Below are positions 27,101 to 40,325 of a stretch of DNA of 64,000 nt, in pieces (position 1 is the first letter of the stretch; the number at the start of each line of letters is the position of its first letter). The DNA is from Proteromonas lacertae. Taxonomy: Eukaryota. Below the pieces are notes generated by a model. That model was not told the origin of the DNA. It searched no databases and worked only from the letters and a program-made list of their open reading frames with translations. The stretch covers positions 248,001 through 312,000 of the forward strand of contig NGBS01001161.1 of the NCBI GenBank assembly GCA_002245135.1, given 5' to 3'. The position numbers and the translations under genes are program-made.

Positions 27101-30100
27101 CAAACACATTATATTACTTGTACATATGGACAAATTAATTTAGCAAATACAAATATATTTGATGTAAATATATATCTTTCGCAAGTTATTATGGCTGACG
27201 ATGGTAGTTATTCAGTTTCAAATGTGTATCAATCTATTCTATCAGGAGTTCCAGAGGCATTGCAATTCAATCCAAATTTTTATGAAACATGTAATTTTGA
27301 TGAAAGATATGGAGATATTGGAAGACAACAATATTACTATATTAAAATAGGAATTTTACTCTCAATGAGTGGTTATGATAGAATAAATGATGCTCCATTG
27401 TTGGAAGTTATACTAGGATATTTTAAGTATATCAATTCTTTAACAACAGTTCATGGTTATAAATTATTAACACTTTTAAAAGATTTGAAATCTGATGTAA
27501 ATAATGTACAAGATGCAATATATGATTTAATGGATAATTATGTGAATATTATAATCGGTTGTACAGATAGTGATTGTAAGGATAAAGTACTTGAAGAAAT
27601 ACACTATGATGCAACTATAATGTTCTTTTATATTGGTAATTCTAATGGAGAAGAATGTTATACAAATGGTTATTTTACTGGTCATTTACCCAACCAATAT
27701 GTTACTCAGACGATTGAATATATTATAAAATCAGATTTACCTCAATCATTATTAATAGTTGGAACAGAAGGTTCATCTTTTTCTATGCAGCTTGCTGCAA
27801 CAGTAGAAAGTACAGCTGGTGCGTTATTATTTACATTGCCTGTAGAACTGTTAGAATCTGCATCTACGTATAATGCATTTTTGTACAATTTACCTTCTCT
27901 TTGTCCTGATGCAGGTTGTTGTATTATATTAACAAGTGATGTGAACGATGCAATCCAATTTATTAATGATTTTCATTCATCGGAGATGTCTTCCACTTTA
28001 TACCCAATTTTTACATTAACATTAAATTTGAATAATGAAAAATACTTTATAAATAATAATTTCAGAGATTTTTATATTCCAACAATCTATTCTAGTTTAG
28101 CAGAAGAATTTTATGATAATCGTAATGTGAAAAATAAGATTAAACACTATGTTGGATATGAACCAAATGATGCAATAATTCAAGCTTATTATGCTGCGGA
28201 TATATTGACTAATGGTTTTATAAATGCTCCAAGTTTAGCTCCCTATGTGTTTGACGAAGAAATTGTTGATTATCCATTACAAGGTCCATTAGGAAGTTAT
28301 TCTGTTCATAAGACTCATTATGTTGATCATCCTTATATATTAGTACATATCAACTCAAATGGTGAAGAAGAATTAGTTACTTATTTCCTTGAGACAATTG
28401 TACCACAACCTTGGAATTGGATGATAAATACAGAATTAGGTAAATCTTGTTCTTTTAGAAGAGGTTCGACTGCATTTATTACTACAGAGAAAGTCTCTAC
28501 ACTTACTTCATTTATTAATATGGCAGGAGAGGATGGTGAATTGAATAATGGTGTATCAGAAGCAATAAATGCAGTAATTGATAGTTATAATGCTGCAAAT
28601 GGAATAAATGGATATACTATTGTTCATTATTTAACTGCAGTTGAAAATGCAGAAACTGCAAAGAAGTATATAGGTGTAATAGAGAATAGTATTAACAATC
28701 ATGCTGATGATATAGTGCCAATGTCGCCATTAGTATTGATAAGTGTTGATGATGATAGTCGAGATGCAATTTATAGTAAAATATCAGAATTGAAAGGTTT
28801 ATTGGTTGATGTATCAATGTCAGTTCCAAATTATTGTGAAAAGAGTGTTGTATCTGCAAGTTTAACAATTGGTTACTATGATAGATTATTGGATATTATT
28901 ATTCATAGACATTATCCTGGTTTTGCAATTATCAGTGAATTAGATAATGTAGCTTCATCTTATGTAAAGAAATACTTAGAAAGAAAAGGTGGTAGTGTAT
29001 TGATGGTTTATTATGATGAAAATAACTTGAATGTAATTGTAATGTCATCTTTATTACATACATTAAAATCTCAATTCTCTGAAGGTTGTTTAATCTTTTT
29101 AGGTAAATCAAAATATCATTCTTTATTAAATGCAGGAATGATAAATACTGAATTATATGAACCAAAATACCATTTAATATCGTTTACAAGTGGTGGTGAA
29201 ATAGTAGATTCAATCGAGAATATATTACCATTTGAAGCAGCTGGTGCTTATTCTCAATCAATAAGTCGAAATGAAAATACTGAATTTCTAAACCGAATGA
29301 AAGCCTATTACACTGGTTCAACATTTTTGAGTGATAGAATAGCTAGAACTTACTCAGTATTAAGTCTATTGTTTGATTCAATGATAAAAGCAGGAACAGT
29401 AAGTGATTTTTCTTTGATAAGAGAAACAATGTATCATACCAGTTATTCTGCACCTGAAGGTGTATTGACATTATCTGAGAATAATTATCTAACTCGTGTG
29501 AATGACATTATCAACATATGATCCTTCAAGCAAAACATTTACTCTTGTTTATTCAACCGAAACAGCAGTTGAAGGTACAGCTTGGATAAGTGATGGTAAA
29601 GTAGAGATAAATTCATGTAATTTTGTAGATTTAAGTATAGGAAAAAAGAAAAAAGAGAAAACAATAAGTGTAGTAATTCCAGTTGCTTTAACAGGTGTTG
29701 ATCAAAAAGATGAATTAAAATTATTAGATTCAATATTACTAGCAATTGATGAAATAAATGAGAATGGTGGTATTTTAGATAATAAAGTAATAGCTGATAT
29801 AAGAGATACAAATTCTGATGAAGCAGAATTCCTTAGTATAGTTGAAACAGTGAAAGACACAGATTCGAAGTTAATAATTGGTGGAATAAAGAGTGAAGTA
29901 TATTCGAATGTTGGACCAAGAGTTGATAAAGTTTTATACATATTCCCTGGTTATAATCCAGGTGAAGTATGTTATGAAAATGCTATATCAGTTAATTTCA
30001 TGTTAAATCAACTAAGAAATCCATTACAGATTTATTTATACAAAGAAATGAAGACAATCTTTATAGTTTATGAATCAAATGAAATAAGTCAACAATGTCG

Positions 30101-33100
30101 ATTAATGGTAGGAAAACTAATAGGTGAATCTCATTTGACTAGTAATGGTCAGACATTATTAACAAATAGTAATATTCAAACATCAGTGATGTTAATGCAA
30201 AGTAAATTATTAGATGGTGGAACAATAGTAAATTGTCTATCTTCTTCAATAACAGTTGATCTTATGAAAGAAATGTGTAATCAGAATTTATATCCACCAA
30301 CTTATACAATAGTTAGTTTATTCTTCCAAAATCATTATTTAGATGATTTAGGTAATATAGATAGTAAATGTATAGCAAATCATTATGTAATTTCTTCCTT
30401 CTTTCCTTCTTTATCTGATGACTCTTTCATCAAAAATAACAATCTCATCCACTTCTTTGAATGGATTTGTGAATAGTTTAGGTCAAAGAATAGGTTGGAA
30501 TGAGAGAATAGAATCTTATATGGAAGCAGCCTATTCTTCAATGATATTATGGGCTGATGCAGTTCAGAAAGCCTATACATTTGATTCATCTTTAATAAGA
30601 TCTGTAATGTATGGTAGAAAATATAATTCTCCTTCTGACTTTTTGATAATATCGAATAATAATGTAGCAAGTCGAAGAATATATACAGCTTATATAACAG
30701 CGAATAAAGATTTGTATGTAGTTGAAGGTCCAGATGAAGCAATAACACCAAATGTGTATAGTGATATAAACGCAAATGGATTAGCTAATCATTATTGTGA
30801 TTGGTCTAGTGCAAATGGTGGGAAATCTTTTAAGAAATTGAGTAAGAATATTTTAATGGTTCATAATACTGATGCAACAGATCAATTAACTGATTTATAT
30901 AGATCATTAGCTGAGAAGGTGTATATTGATGCAATAAATCAAGATGGTGGAATATTAGGTTATAATCTAATAATCATTGATGCTTATTTAAGTGTAAATT
31001 CAGGTGAAATGAGAAGAAAAATAAAGAATATGATAATAGATAATGATGTAGTTGCTGTATTTGGATGTTCTTCAATATTTTGCATTGATGTAATGGAGTG
31101 AAGTAGCGAATGATTTAAAGATATTATTCTTTACAACTCAATCTGATGATGGTACAATATGTTCTCCATACACAATTCACACTGGTCCATCTATTGAGCA
31201 AATGATGTATCCTTTATCTACATTTATTCCTACCGTTCAAGCAAAAGCCATATTTGTGATTACTTATCCTCTGGATGCAATGATATACAACATAAATGAA
31301 TTATTGAGTGAAAAAATAGATCTTCCATTAGCTGGTGCATGCCTTTATAAAGAAGGAGAAACTGTATCTAGTAACATTTTCGATTCTTGTATGTCTGATT
31401 TGAAAAAAGCTTATACAAAGTATAATAGAGTATTAGTTTTTGCAATTGTCTATTCATATGAGTTATCAGCTTTTATTAGTGCATTAAAAAAGGATAACAT
31501 TTTAATGGAACATATCAAGATTGTGTTTTTTACATTTGAAAGTTTTTATTTCAATGATGATGATTTAGATTATATAGATGGAAATTTCATTATTACACCA
31601 AGTGGAGATGGAACTCAGAATACAGTAGCTTTATCATTCACAAGATTAATTCAATCCAATTTAGGATCTGATTTCCCAATAACAGCAACAATGACATATA
31701 TGTATTCTGCTCTACAATTATGGAAAGCAGGAATAGAAGTAGCAACAAAACAAGTGAATGGAGAATGGCCTGGAACAGAATATGTAAGATTAACAATGAT
31801 AGGTCAAAGAGCAAATACTCCAGGTGGAACAACAACAGTAAAATCATCAATGTATACAACACAATCATTCTATATAACCGAAATTGTCAGTAAAGAAGAA
31901 TCATTAATATATCCTGCAAAAGGAACTGTGATAGAGACAGATCCGTTATTAACATATAATGGAACGTGTGAATTTGGTATTTCAAGAAGATTGTTTTCAT
32001 ATAGCGAAGAAGAAAGAATAGCTGTATATGTAGTGGCAATCGCTATTGCAATATTTTGTGTATTTGTATGTTATTTCTTATGGAATTATCGTGAATTGAA
32101 GATAGTGAAATTTGCCTCTCCATTGTTTTTGTTTTATTTGTTAATTTCACTGTTCCTATTAGCTGTTGAAGGTACTGTATTTGTGTTTGAACCAACAAGT
32201 GATGGTTTAGTTTGTGCTTTTAGAGTTTGGGGTCTGGCATTAACAGTTGATTTGGTATTTAGTATTATTATAGCCAAAGCTTGGAGGATTCATAGATTAT
32301 TCAACAATAAAGAACTTAAGAAAGTATAATACACTATTACAATTGTTATTATTAAATAGATTAATATCTCGAATGGATCATTATTGAAAGTTATATTTGT
32401 AGTTTTAGGTGTGCAAGTGATATATCTTGGTATTTGGTGGTTAGTAGATAGATCAAAATACACAGAAACTTTTAGTCCATCTTATTCATCTTTCTTTGAA
32501 GATGTATATATTCCTGAATGTACAGAAAGTCAATACTTTATTTACATTCAAATTGCTGTTGTAGCAGTGATGTTTGTGTTTGGTATAAGATTAGCTTGGT
32601 CAGTAAGAAAAGCTTCAAAAGAGTTTAATGAATCAATCACCTTAGCTTCAACATTTTTGATTATGTGTATGAAATATATTATTCTAATTTTTATTTAATA
32701 GTGATTATTGGTGTTATTGATATACCATTGAACTTTATATTATCAGATAGTCCAAATGTATTAGTGTCATTAAGAGCATTTGGAGATGAATTAGGTGTAA
32801 TAATCATTTTATTAATACAATATTTCCCCAAAATCTATGCAGCTTATACAACATCATCTGCTATTGATACAATGACACTTGAATCAAGTAAAAGCACAAA
32901 TACCACAACTCAGTATAATTTTATCATATTATTAATAGGCAAACAAATAAATCGAATGGATCTATATCAGAATCAGTGAATGTTGCTCCAAATCAAGATT
33001 TATTAGTAAATAGAAGTGCTTCAAAGAGGATGAGTTTAGATCAAAGAGGCAGTCAAATATTTAGTGAAAAATTCAAGCAAAATCCTGATCATGATGATAT

Positions 33101-33176
33101 TATGAAAGTTGGTAAAGCTACATTAGCTGCAATATTGTTGTTATCTCGTGATTATGCTGAAATGAAAGAAGACTAG
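21142..33176 (+). CDS. Giant class C (GABA-B-like, 7tm_3) GPCR with nine tandem UrtA/AmiC-type periplasmic binding domains
   Basis: Signal peptide; nine repeats of about 380-400 aa (e.g. IDEINENGGIL, MEAAYSSMILWADAVQKA, APEGVLTL); 7TM with IVKFASPLF, AKAWRIHRLF, LAWSVRK..KEFNES, YFPK. Three apparent +1 frameshifts (about 29500, 30420-30470, 31095). Confidence 0.85.
21449..21664 (+). repeat. 216-bp segment identical to 63785-64000
   Basis: Base-by-base comparison; includes the first intron. Confidence 0.95.
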
Positions 33177-33345
33177 ATATGGTGATGATAATTATAGTTA
33201 TTTTTATTTCATTTATATTATTTTTATGTTATTCAATCTTTATAAACGTTTTCTTGATATTATTTATGATAAATTCATTTCAACTATTAATACATTCAAT
33301 ACAGCGTATTCTGTATTTTTCTTTTTATTCTTTTTTTACTTCGTA

Positions 33346-35972
33346 ATGGATGATGCTATAAAATCATTTGCTGAAATGCTTGATGTGGACTATAAAGTAG
33401 CCAAATACTTTTATGAGAAAGCAAATGGAGATCAAGAAATGGGTATATAAATCACTTTTACATTGTATAGCTGCTAATATGTTATTTGAAAAGTAAAACA
33501 CGTTAATATTATTCTATAATAGTGAAGGAAAGATACCTGAGGCTCAACCTTCTTCTCTTTTATTAAATCTAGGTAATCTTAATCCATGTGAGCATTGGAG
33601 CAGTTGTACAAAGTTACCTCAAAATACAGATAAAATATACAAGGAGGAATGCATGAAATGTTTTGATAATTGGGTATTTTAATTGTTTATCATTACTGAT
33701 AGGATATGAGCAATGGTAATAATGTTTGTTTACAATGTTTCTGGGGATTTTGTTCAGATCATTTACAGCATCATGTAGAAACTTCTAATCATTACATTAC
33801 AATGAATATAATGAGAATAGAAGATGTAGAACATAGAGAAAAAATAACAAAATTAGCAATTGGTGTAGAAGGAGGAGCTCAGCAGAAGAAATATAGATAT
33901 GAATACAATATAAAATGTCATAAATGTAATATAGAATTAGATAAATCAAATTTATTTGTTCAAAATATCAGTAAAATGATAATAGAATCTCAATCAGCAG
34001 AGGATAAAGAAGAATTGACGAAATGGGAAGCTGAGAAATTAAAAGCCATGTCCACACGTAGATAAATTTGCAGCAAGAAAATAATAAAGTACAAGATAAA
34101 AGTATATCTAAAATTTTAATTATAAATAGATACAGCACATTGTTCAAATTGTGAAATTAATGAAAATCTTTGGATGTGTCTTACCTGTGGTAGTCTAGGA
34201 TGCGGTAGAAAACAATGGGGTCCAACAGCTCCCCCCGGAAATAATCATGCAATTGAACATTATGAAAAAACTGGTCATCCAATAGTAGTGAAGATGGGAA
34301 CTATTACACCTGATGGTAAAGCAGATATTCATTGTTATGCATGTGATAATAACCCGCAATATAATTATGGAGATATAACAGATCCTAAATTATCCAATCA
34401 TCTTTCTCATTTAGGAATTGATATTAATATACAAGAAAAAACAGTGAAGAGTTTATCTGAAATGGATTTGGATATTAATAAATCATTTTTAAGCTTTGAT
34501 AGTATGAATAATAATAAAACAGCAGATGGTAAAGAATTAATTCCATATTATGGCAGTGGTTTTATTGGATTAATAAATTTAGGTAATTCTTGCTATATGA
34601 ACAGTGTTTTACAGTTTTTATTCACTTTACCAACTTTCAAAGAATATTATTTTGATTTATATAAGAATCATTTATTAACATGTTCAAATAATCCATTCAC
34701 TTGTTATTTATGTCAATTCTGTAAATTAGCAAATGGAATATATACTGATAAATATGCTAATTATATTAATAATGATGGACTAAGAGGAATTAGACCAAGA
34801 GCATTTAAAATGTATGTAGGTGGAAATCATGAAGAGTTTTCCACCAATCGTCAACAAGATGCTTTAGAATATTTGGACTATTTATTAACATTTATGAATA
34901 ATCATGATAATAAACCAAATATCAGTGATTATTTCAAATATGAAACTACTAGAAGATTAGAATGTAATAGTTGTCATGGTATAAGATATACCAGTAATAA
35001 TAATGAAGTATTATTGATTTCTATTCCATATGAACCAACTGATAGAGATAATGAATTGATAGGTAAAGATGTCAAAATAGCATTAGAAGAATGTATTAGA
35101 TATACATTTGAAGAGAATATTGTAGAATTAGATTGTCCAAAATGTCAAAAGAGTATATATATAATATTATGTAATGAATAGAAACATCATTTAAAACTTC
35201 AACTCATTTCAAAACATTTCCTAAAAGAATGGTAATTGCACTTAGAAGATTTGGTTTCTTTGGAGGTTCTTGGGTTCCTAAGAAGTTACAAGTAATAGTA
35301 GAACCACCAGATGAATTAGATTTATCATCTTATTATTTAAAACCATCAGAAATACATAATGAAAATGTATTACCTGAAATTAAAACAAATACTCCAATTA
35401 ATGAAGAATTATTAAATCAAATAATGGATTTTGGAATTGAAAGAAATGTAGCTATAAATGCTATTAAAATACTAAATGTAAGTGATGCTGAAGTGATAAT
35501 GAACTATATTTTTGAACATATGAATGAATTATCACAACCAACAACAACAGCCAATAATTCATCAACAAGTGAAGTTTCAATAGAATTAGTCAATACAGTA
35601 AGAGAGATTTGTCCAGGATTATCAGATGGTGTAATAAAGAAAGCATTAAAAGAATGTAATAATAATTGTGATGAAGCAATTGGCTGGATATATTCTCATC
35701 CAGAAGCTGAAGCTGAAGTATTTAAAGAAGAAAAAGAGAAAGAAAAAAGTAAGTCAATTCCAGTAAATGATAAGATAAAACCATTAGAAAAACCACCACA
35801 TTATACGTTAAGTAGTGTAATTGCTCATAGAGGTACTTCAGTGATGTGTGGACATTATGTTGATATGAATAGAATAGATGGAAAGTGGTATTTGTATAAT
35901 GATGATAATATAGTAATTCACCCTAGCCCACCATTAGGAGAAGGATATATCTATATTTACAGTGATGAATAA
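33346..35972 (+). CDS. USP5: Ubiquitin carboxyl-terminal hydrolase 5/13 (isopeptidase T/Ubp14) with an extra N-terminal UBA-like domain
   Basis: ZnF-UBP LWMCLTCGSLGCGR, Cys box GLINLGNSCYMNSVLQ, QQDA, two UBA inserts, His box HRGTSVMCGHY. Two +1 frameshifts near 34043 and 34065. Confidence 0.92.
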
Positions 35973-36088
35973 TGGATATACTATTATTATTATTGATTGA
36001 TTGATTTTGAATTATATGTTTTTTGTTTTTACTTTAGTAATTTAACAAAAATGGAATTAATTAAAACAAATCATTAAACTCAAATTAC

Positions 36089-36623
36089 TTACCTAGTATT
36101 ACTTTTCAATGAAGACCATACTCCTGACTTCCAACTGTCGAAATCTCCATCAATATCAACACAAGCATTTCCTTCTCCTAATCTGTATATTCTAACAGCT
36201 CCCAACTTCTCTAAATACTTATCAGTAAGCTATATATCCTTTAAAAAAAACAAAAATACTCTTCCCATTTCACAGTACTTTGGATAAGAAGTATCTCCAC
36301 AAGCAAACACTGTATACTTTAGATGAGCTAATTTATTTACATAATTTGGTTCTTTCAATTTTCTTTGCAAAAAATTAAAGAATTTCTCAGCAGTTCCTAA
36401 TTCAATTATAAGAATTACATAAAATACTCGTAGGTTCACCATCGCCATATGTTGCAACAACAAATACAGCAACTTTAACATTGTCAAGTGTATTATCACC
36501 AAAATCAGCTAGATCATGAGCTTCTGCTTTAATGGCATGTGGTCCTGCTTCAAATTCCAGTGTCTCAGCGAATGATTGAGCTGTTCCAGTTTCACTCCCG
36601 TAAAAAATGTGTACTGTTGTCAT
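36089..36623 (-). CDS. Stand-alone flavodoxin (FMN-binding, CPR-type)
   Basis: IFYGSETGTAQSFA, ATYGDGEPT, YTVFACGDTSYPKYC, LEKLGAVRI; two introns. Confidence 0.88.
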
Positions 36624-36704
36624 TAAAAACAGAATTTTATAAAAAGTAATTGCGATTTTCAAACTCAGATCGTGAATCGAAAATTCAAAAAACTGAAATT
36701 TTAA

Positions 36705-39700
36705 ATGAGTGATGATGAATGGAAAGAAGATGAAAAAGAAGAAGAATACGGCGACGTAGAAGAAACTAAATATGAAGATGAAGAAAATGAAGACAGTATA
36801 AATCATTTCTTATATTCTAGGCGAAGATGGTATTATATTCTATTATTATTGATGTAAAATAGAACCTCCTCCAATGACAATACTCAATGCTTTTGGTATT
36901 TTGTATTTTTTTAATGTTATAGCGAACGAGAGAAAAATTAGTGAAGAAAAAGATGACAATGGATTTATTATGACAAGAAATAAAAATAAACATACGAAAA
37001 AGAAGAAAATGAATGAAGAAATTCCAAAGACAGGAACAATATCAAGAGCAGAACGATTTAATTACAGTATATTGATAATTGTTTATATTTATCTTAAAAT
37101 AGAACCAAAAGATGAGAAGAAACCCAAGTATAAAAACTGTATTTGAGTGTTATTACTATTGTTCTTTTTAGATTTGGAAGAATTAAAGTCAACTACAAAA
37201 AAATCAACAACAAAAAAGAGTAAAAACGCTTTTGGTTCAACAGATCTTTCAAATAGTATGTTTATGGACAATTTTCACAAAGATGATGATATAAGTGTAG
37301 TAGATGAAGATGAGTTAGATAAAATTACACAAAAAATAAAACAAAAAGAATCATCATTATTAGATGAAAATATATCACTATTCAATGAAGAAGAAAAAGA
37401 AAATGATACTGAAAATGAAGAAAAGAAAGAGGAAGAGGAAGAGGTAGAAAATAACAGTATTGCAAATCCTCGGTTTAATCCATTTAAACTATTTATTACA
37501 CTTCAAAATATTGTTGATATTCCTTCTAATTTAGGAAGTATATTTTATATTATTATTATTATATTTAGTAAAATCTATTTATTTATCATTTCAATTAAGT
37601 TGTGGTAATCCATCAGACTTTGAAAAGAGTAATACTATAAGAATATATAATAATAATGGAAAATGGGAAGAAAATACTGTAATAGAATTGAAATGTCTTA
37701 GACCATTAGAAGGATTAATGTTGAAAGTTTTAGTATTATATTTATTTATTTACTTAATGTTATTATATCTATAGTTATATAATGCAGAAACAAATCATAA
37801 CTTTGCATATATCAATTTTCCTTTAAATCAACAAATTCCAAATCCTATAGAATTTACATTTTATCGAGATATTTATTCAACAATACCAAAACTATCATGG
37901 GAGATAGAAACTGATGAAAATAAGGATGAAGTAAAAAATGAAGTTGCAGATGATATAGAAAAGAAAAATATTCCTCAATTAACATTCGAATCAATTGATG
38001 AAAAGAGTGATACATTATCTTCATATATAATGTCTTACAAATATAATTTATATGATGAAGATATATTGAAAAGTAGATTTAATTTAAAAGTACATTATGA
38101 GGAAGGAACAGGAAGTTTTTATTTTTTATTTTATTCATTGTCACTTGGTTGTGATGTAGGGAAAAAAGTAACTCAAGAAGATTTAATAATAGAGTTTCAA
38201 CTTGGTGTATGTTATTAATATATTATTTATATATTTTGTATTTAGTTATCTTTATTAAATGATTTTAATGATATTTATGAACAAAAAATGAGAAACTATT
38301 TACTAGCTGATGCTGATATTGATGAAAAAACAACAGTAATATGGATATTAAGAAGATTATTAATAATAATTGATGATAAAAAATGTTATTTAACTCATGA
38401 AACTAAAAAATTATTAAATAATAATGAAAATGAAAATCCATATTATATTCAACCTGATCCTATAGAAGAAACTAAAAATCGACTTGATTTCCTTCGTAAA
38501 GAATTTGAATTCAATAATAATGTCAAGGAAAAGATATATATTGTTGATAATGTGTTGAAAGATGTTGCTCAATCTAAAATACCAGCTGTAACATTTGATA
38601 TGGATTCATTAGAAAAAGCAGCAAAGTTAAGTGGATCTTGTATAATATATTATTATTATTAAAAAATAGTATGTAGGCCAAGAAAAGAAATAGAACCTTC
38701 ATTGCAATATAAATTTGATTTAAAAATTGACAAAGAAAAAGCTGCTAGAATACAGAAGAAAGCGAGAGAAATAGTGAATAAAGCGAGGAAAGATATTGAA
38801 ATGGATGAAATAGAATATCAATTAAGAGTTAAAAGAGAAATGCAAGAAGAAATGAGATTATTGAATGTATATATATATATATATTAAAATCAATAGTTGG
38901 TTGAAAAACATAGAATTGATGATATAAAAAGGAGAGAAGAAAGAGAAATACAAAAACTGCAGAAAGATGCTGAGAATTATGCAAAATATATGAAAACACA
39001 AAGAAGAGTATTAATTCTATTAATATAAAATAGATACAAAGAGAACAATATCATAGTATGATTAGAGATACGAGATTAACTACATTTGGTATTGGAAATA
39101 TAAAAGGATCTTACTTTGGACCAGCTCCAATAATTAAAGACACAAAAATAAAACCAAGTGAAACTGTAAATGATGAATATTATTATGATGAAAATGGAAG
39201 AAAACATAAACGAGATGAAAAAATGACCGTTACATTAAGAAATAATAAATTGCTAGAATCACCATTTACATCAGCAGATGAAAAGAGAGGAAGATTGGTA
39301 GAAAAACAGTTATTTAATACAATTCAAAATATGGGAAATGATTATAATTATTGTGATATTTATTCACCATTTTCACCTTATAAAGATAAAGATAGTGGTG
39401 ATATATCCTATTCTGAGTTTAGATTAGGTTTAGAATCATTATCTATTCATTTAGAAGATTGGCAATTAGATGCAATAAGTGATTTCTATGATAAACATGG
39501 AACAGGTAAAGTGAATTTAGATAAATTCTATTATTCGTATTTCACTAGAAAACAGAGTAAACAGTGGGAAAACATGAGATCGAATATTGGAAAAATATTT
39601 AACAAGGATCAGTTGATAAAAAAGAATGATTTAAGGAATAAATTAAGACTAAATAATATTCATCAGCCTAATTATGAGTTTAACCAATTAATGTCTATTC

Positions 39701-39927
39701 TAGACCATGGAAAAGAAGGATTGATTAAAGTTAATGATTTTATTAAGTTTTTAGATATAAATCCAAATTTAATTGATTATGAAACAAAAGATGATACAAT
39801 TAAGTTGGATTACTCTTATCGTTCAACCAGATTAATAGAAAATGATGGAGTATATGAAGAAACAAAGAAAGAGCTTGAAAGACTGAAACAGAAACAAAAG
39901 GAATTAGAAGATTTATATGATTTTTAA
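36705..39927 (+). CDS. Acidic/coiled-coil protein with possible C2-like region and C-terminal EF-hands
   Basis: DKDSGDISYSEF, DKHGTGKVNLDKF, DHGKEGLIKVNDF; many micro-introns. Could be more than one gene. Confidence 0.55.
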
Positions 39928-40092
39928 TTATTTTTTTATTTTTTTATTTATATAGACAGTTATTTTATTTATAAAAATGTAAAATATGTGTTATGTATGT
40001 CGCAAATCATCTTTATTCAAAATAGATTTTAATGACTGAAATTTTGACTGTATTTTTACCAATCTAATTTAACTGTTATTTTTATCTAGAAA

Positions 40093-40310
40093 ATGAACTT
40101 TTTTTCTAAGATGAGTGCAGAAGACAAATCAGTCGAAAAGCCAAAAACAGTTACTGAGACTGGGAAAGCCTCTTGGTATGAGATCTAGTAGATTTATAAA
40201 ACTTAGGTACACTTGCAGAAGGAGAAAAACCTGAAGATTTTTTTAAAGAAATGGAAGCTAATTTAAAGAAAAAAGCAGAAGAGGAAGCTAAAAAGAAAAA
40301 TAACACATAA
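40093..40310 (+). CDS. Small charged protein (about 55-61 aa)
   Basis: MSAEDKSVEKPKTVTETGKPL-GTLAEGEKPEDFFKEMEANLKKKAEEEAKKKNNT. Needs one GT-AG intron and removal of one base near 40165. Confidence 0.45.
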
Positions 40311-40325
40311 TCTCTTAAGCATATA

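Noticed and set aside
34055..34086. Euplotes-like programmed frameshift at AGA-TAA / AAA-TAA in USP5
   Set aside because: Homology (KPCPHV) requires the shift upstream of the stop, in homopolymers, and the other sites lack a shared stop-adjacent motif.
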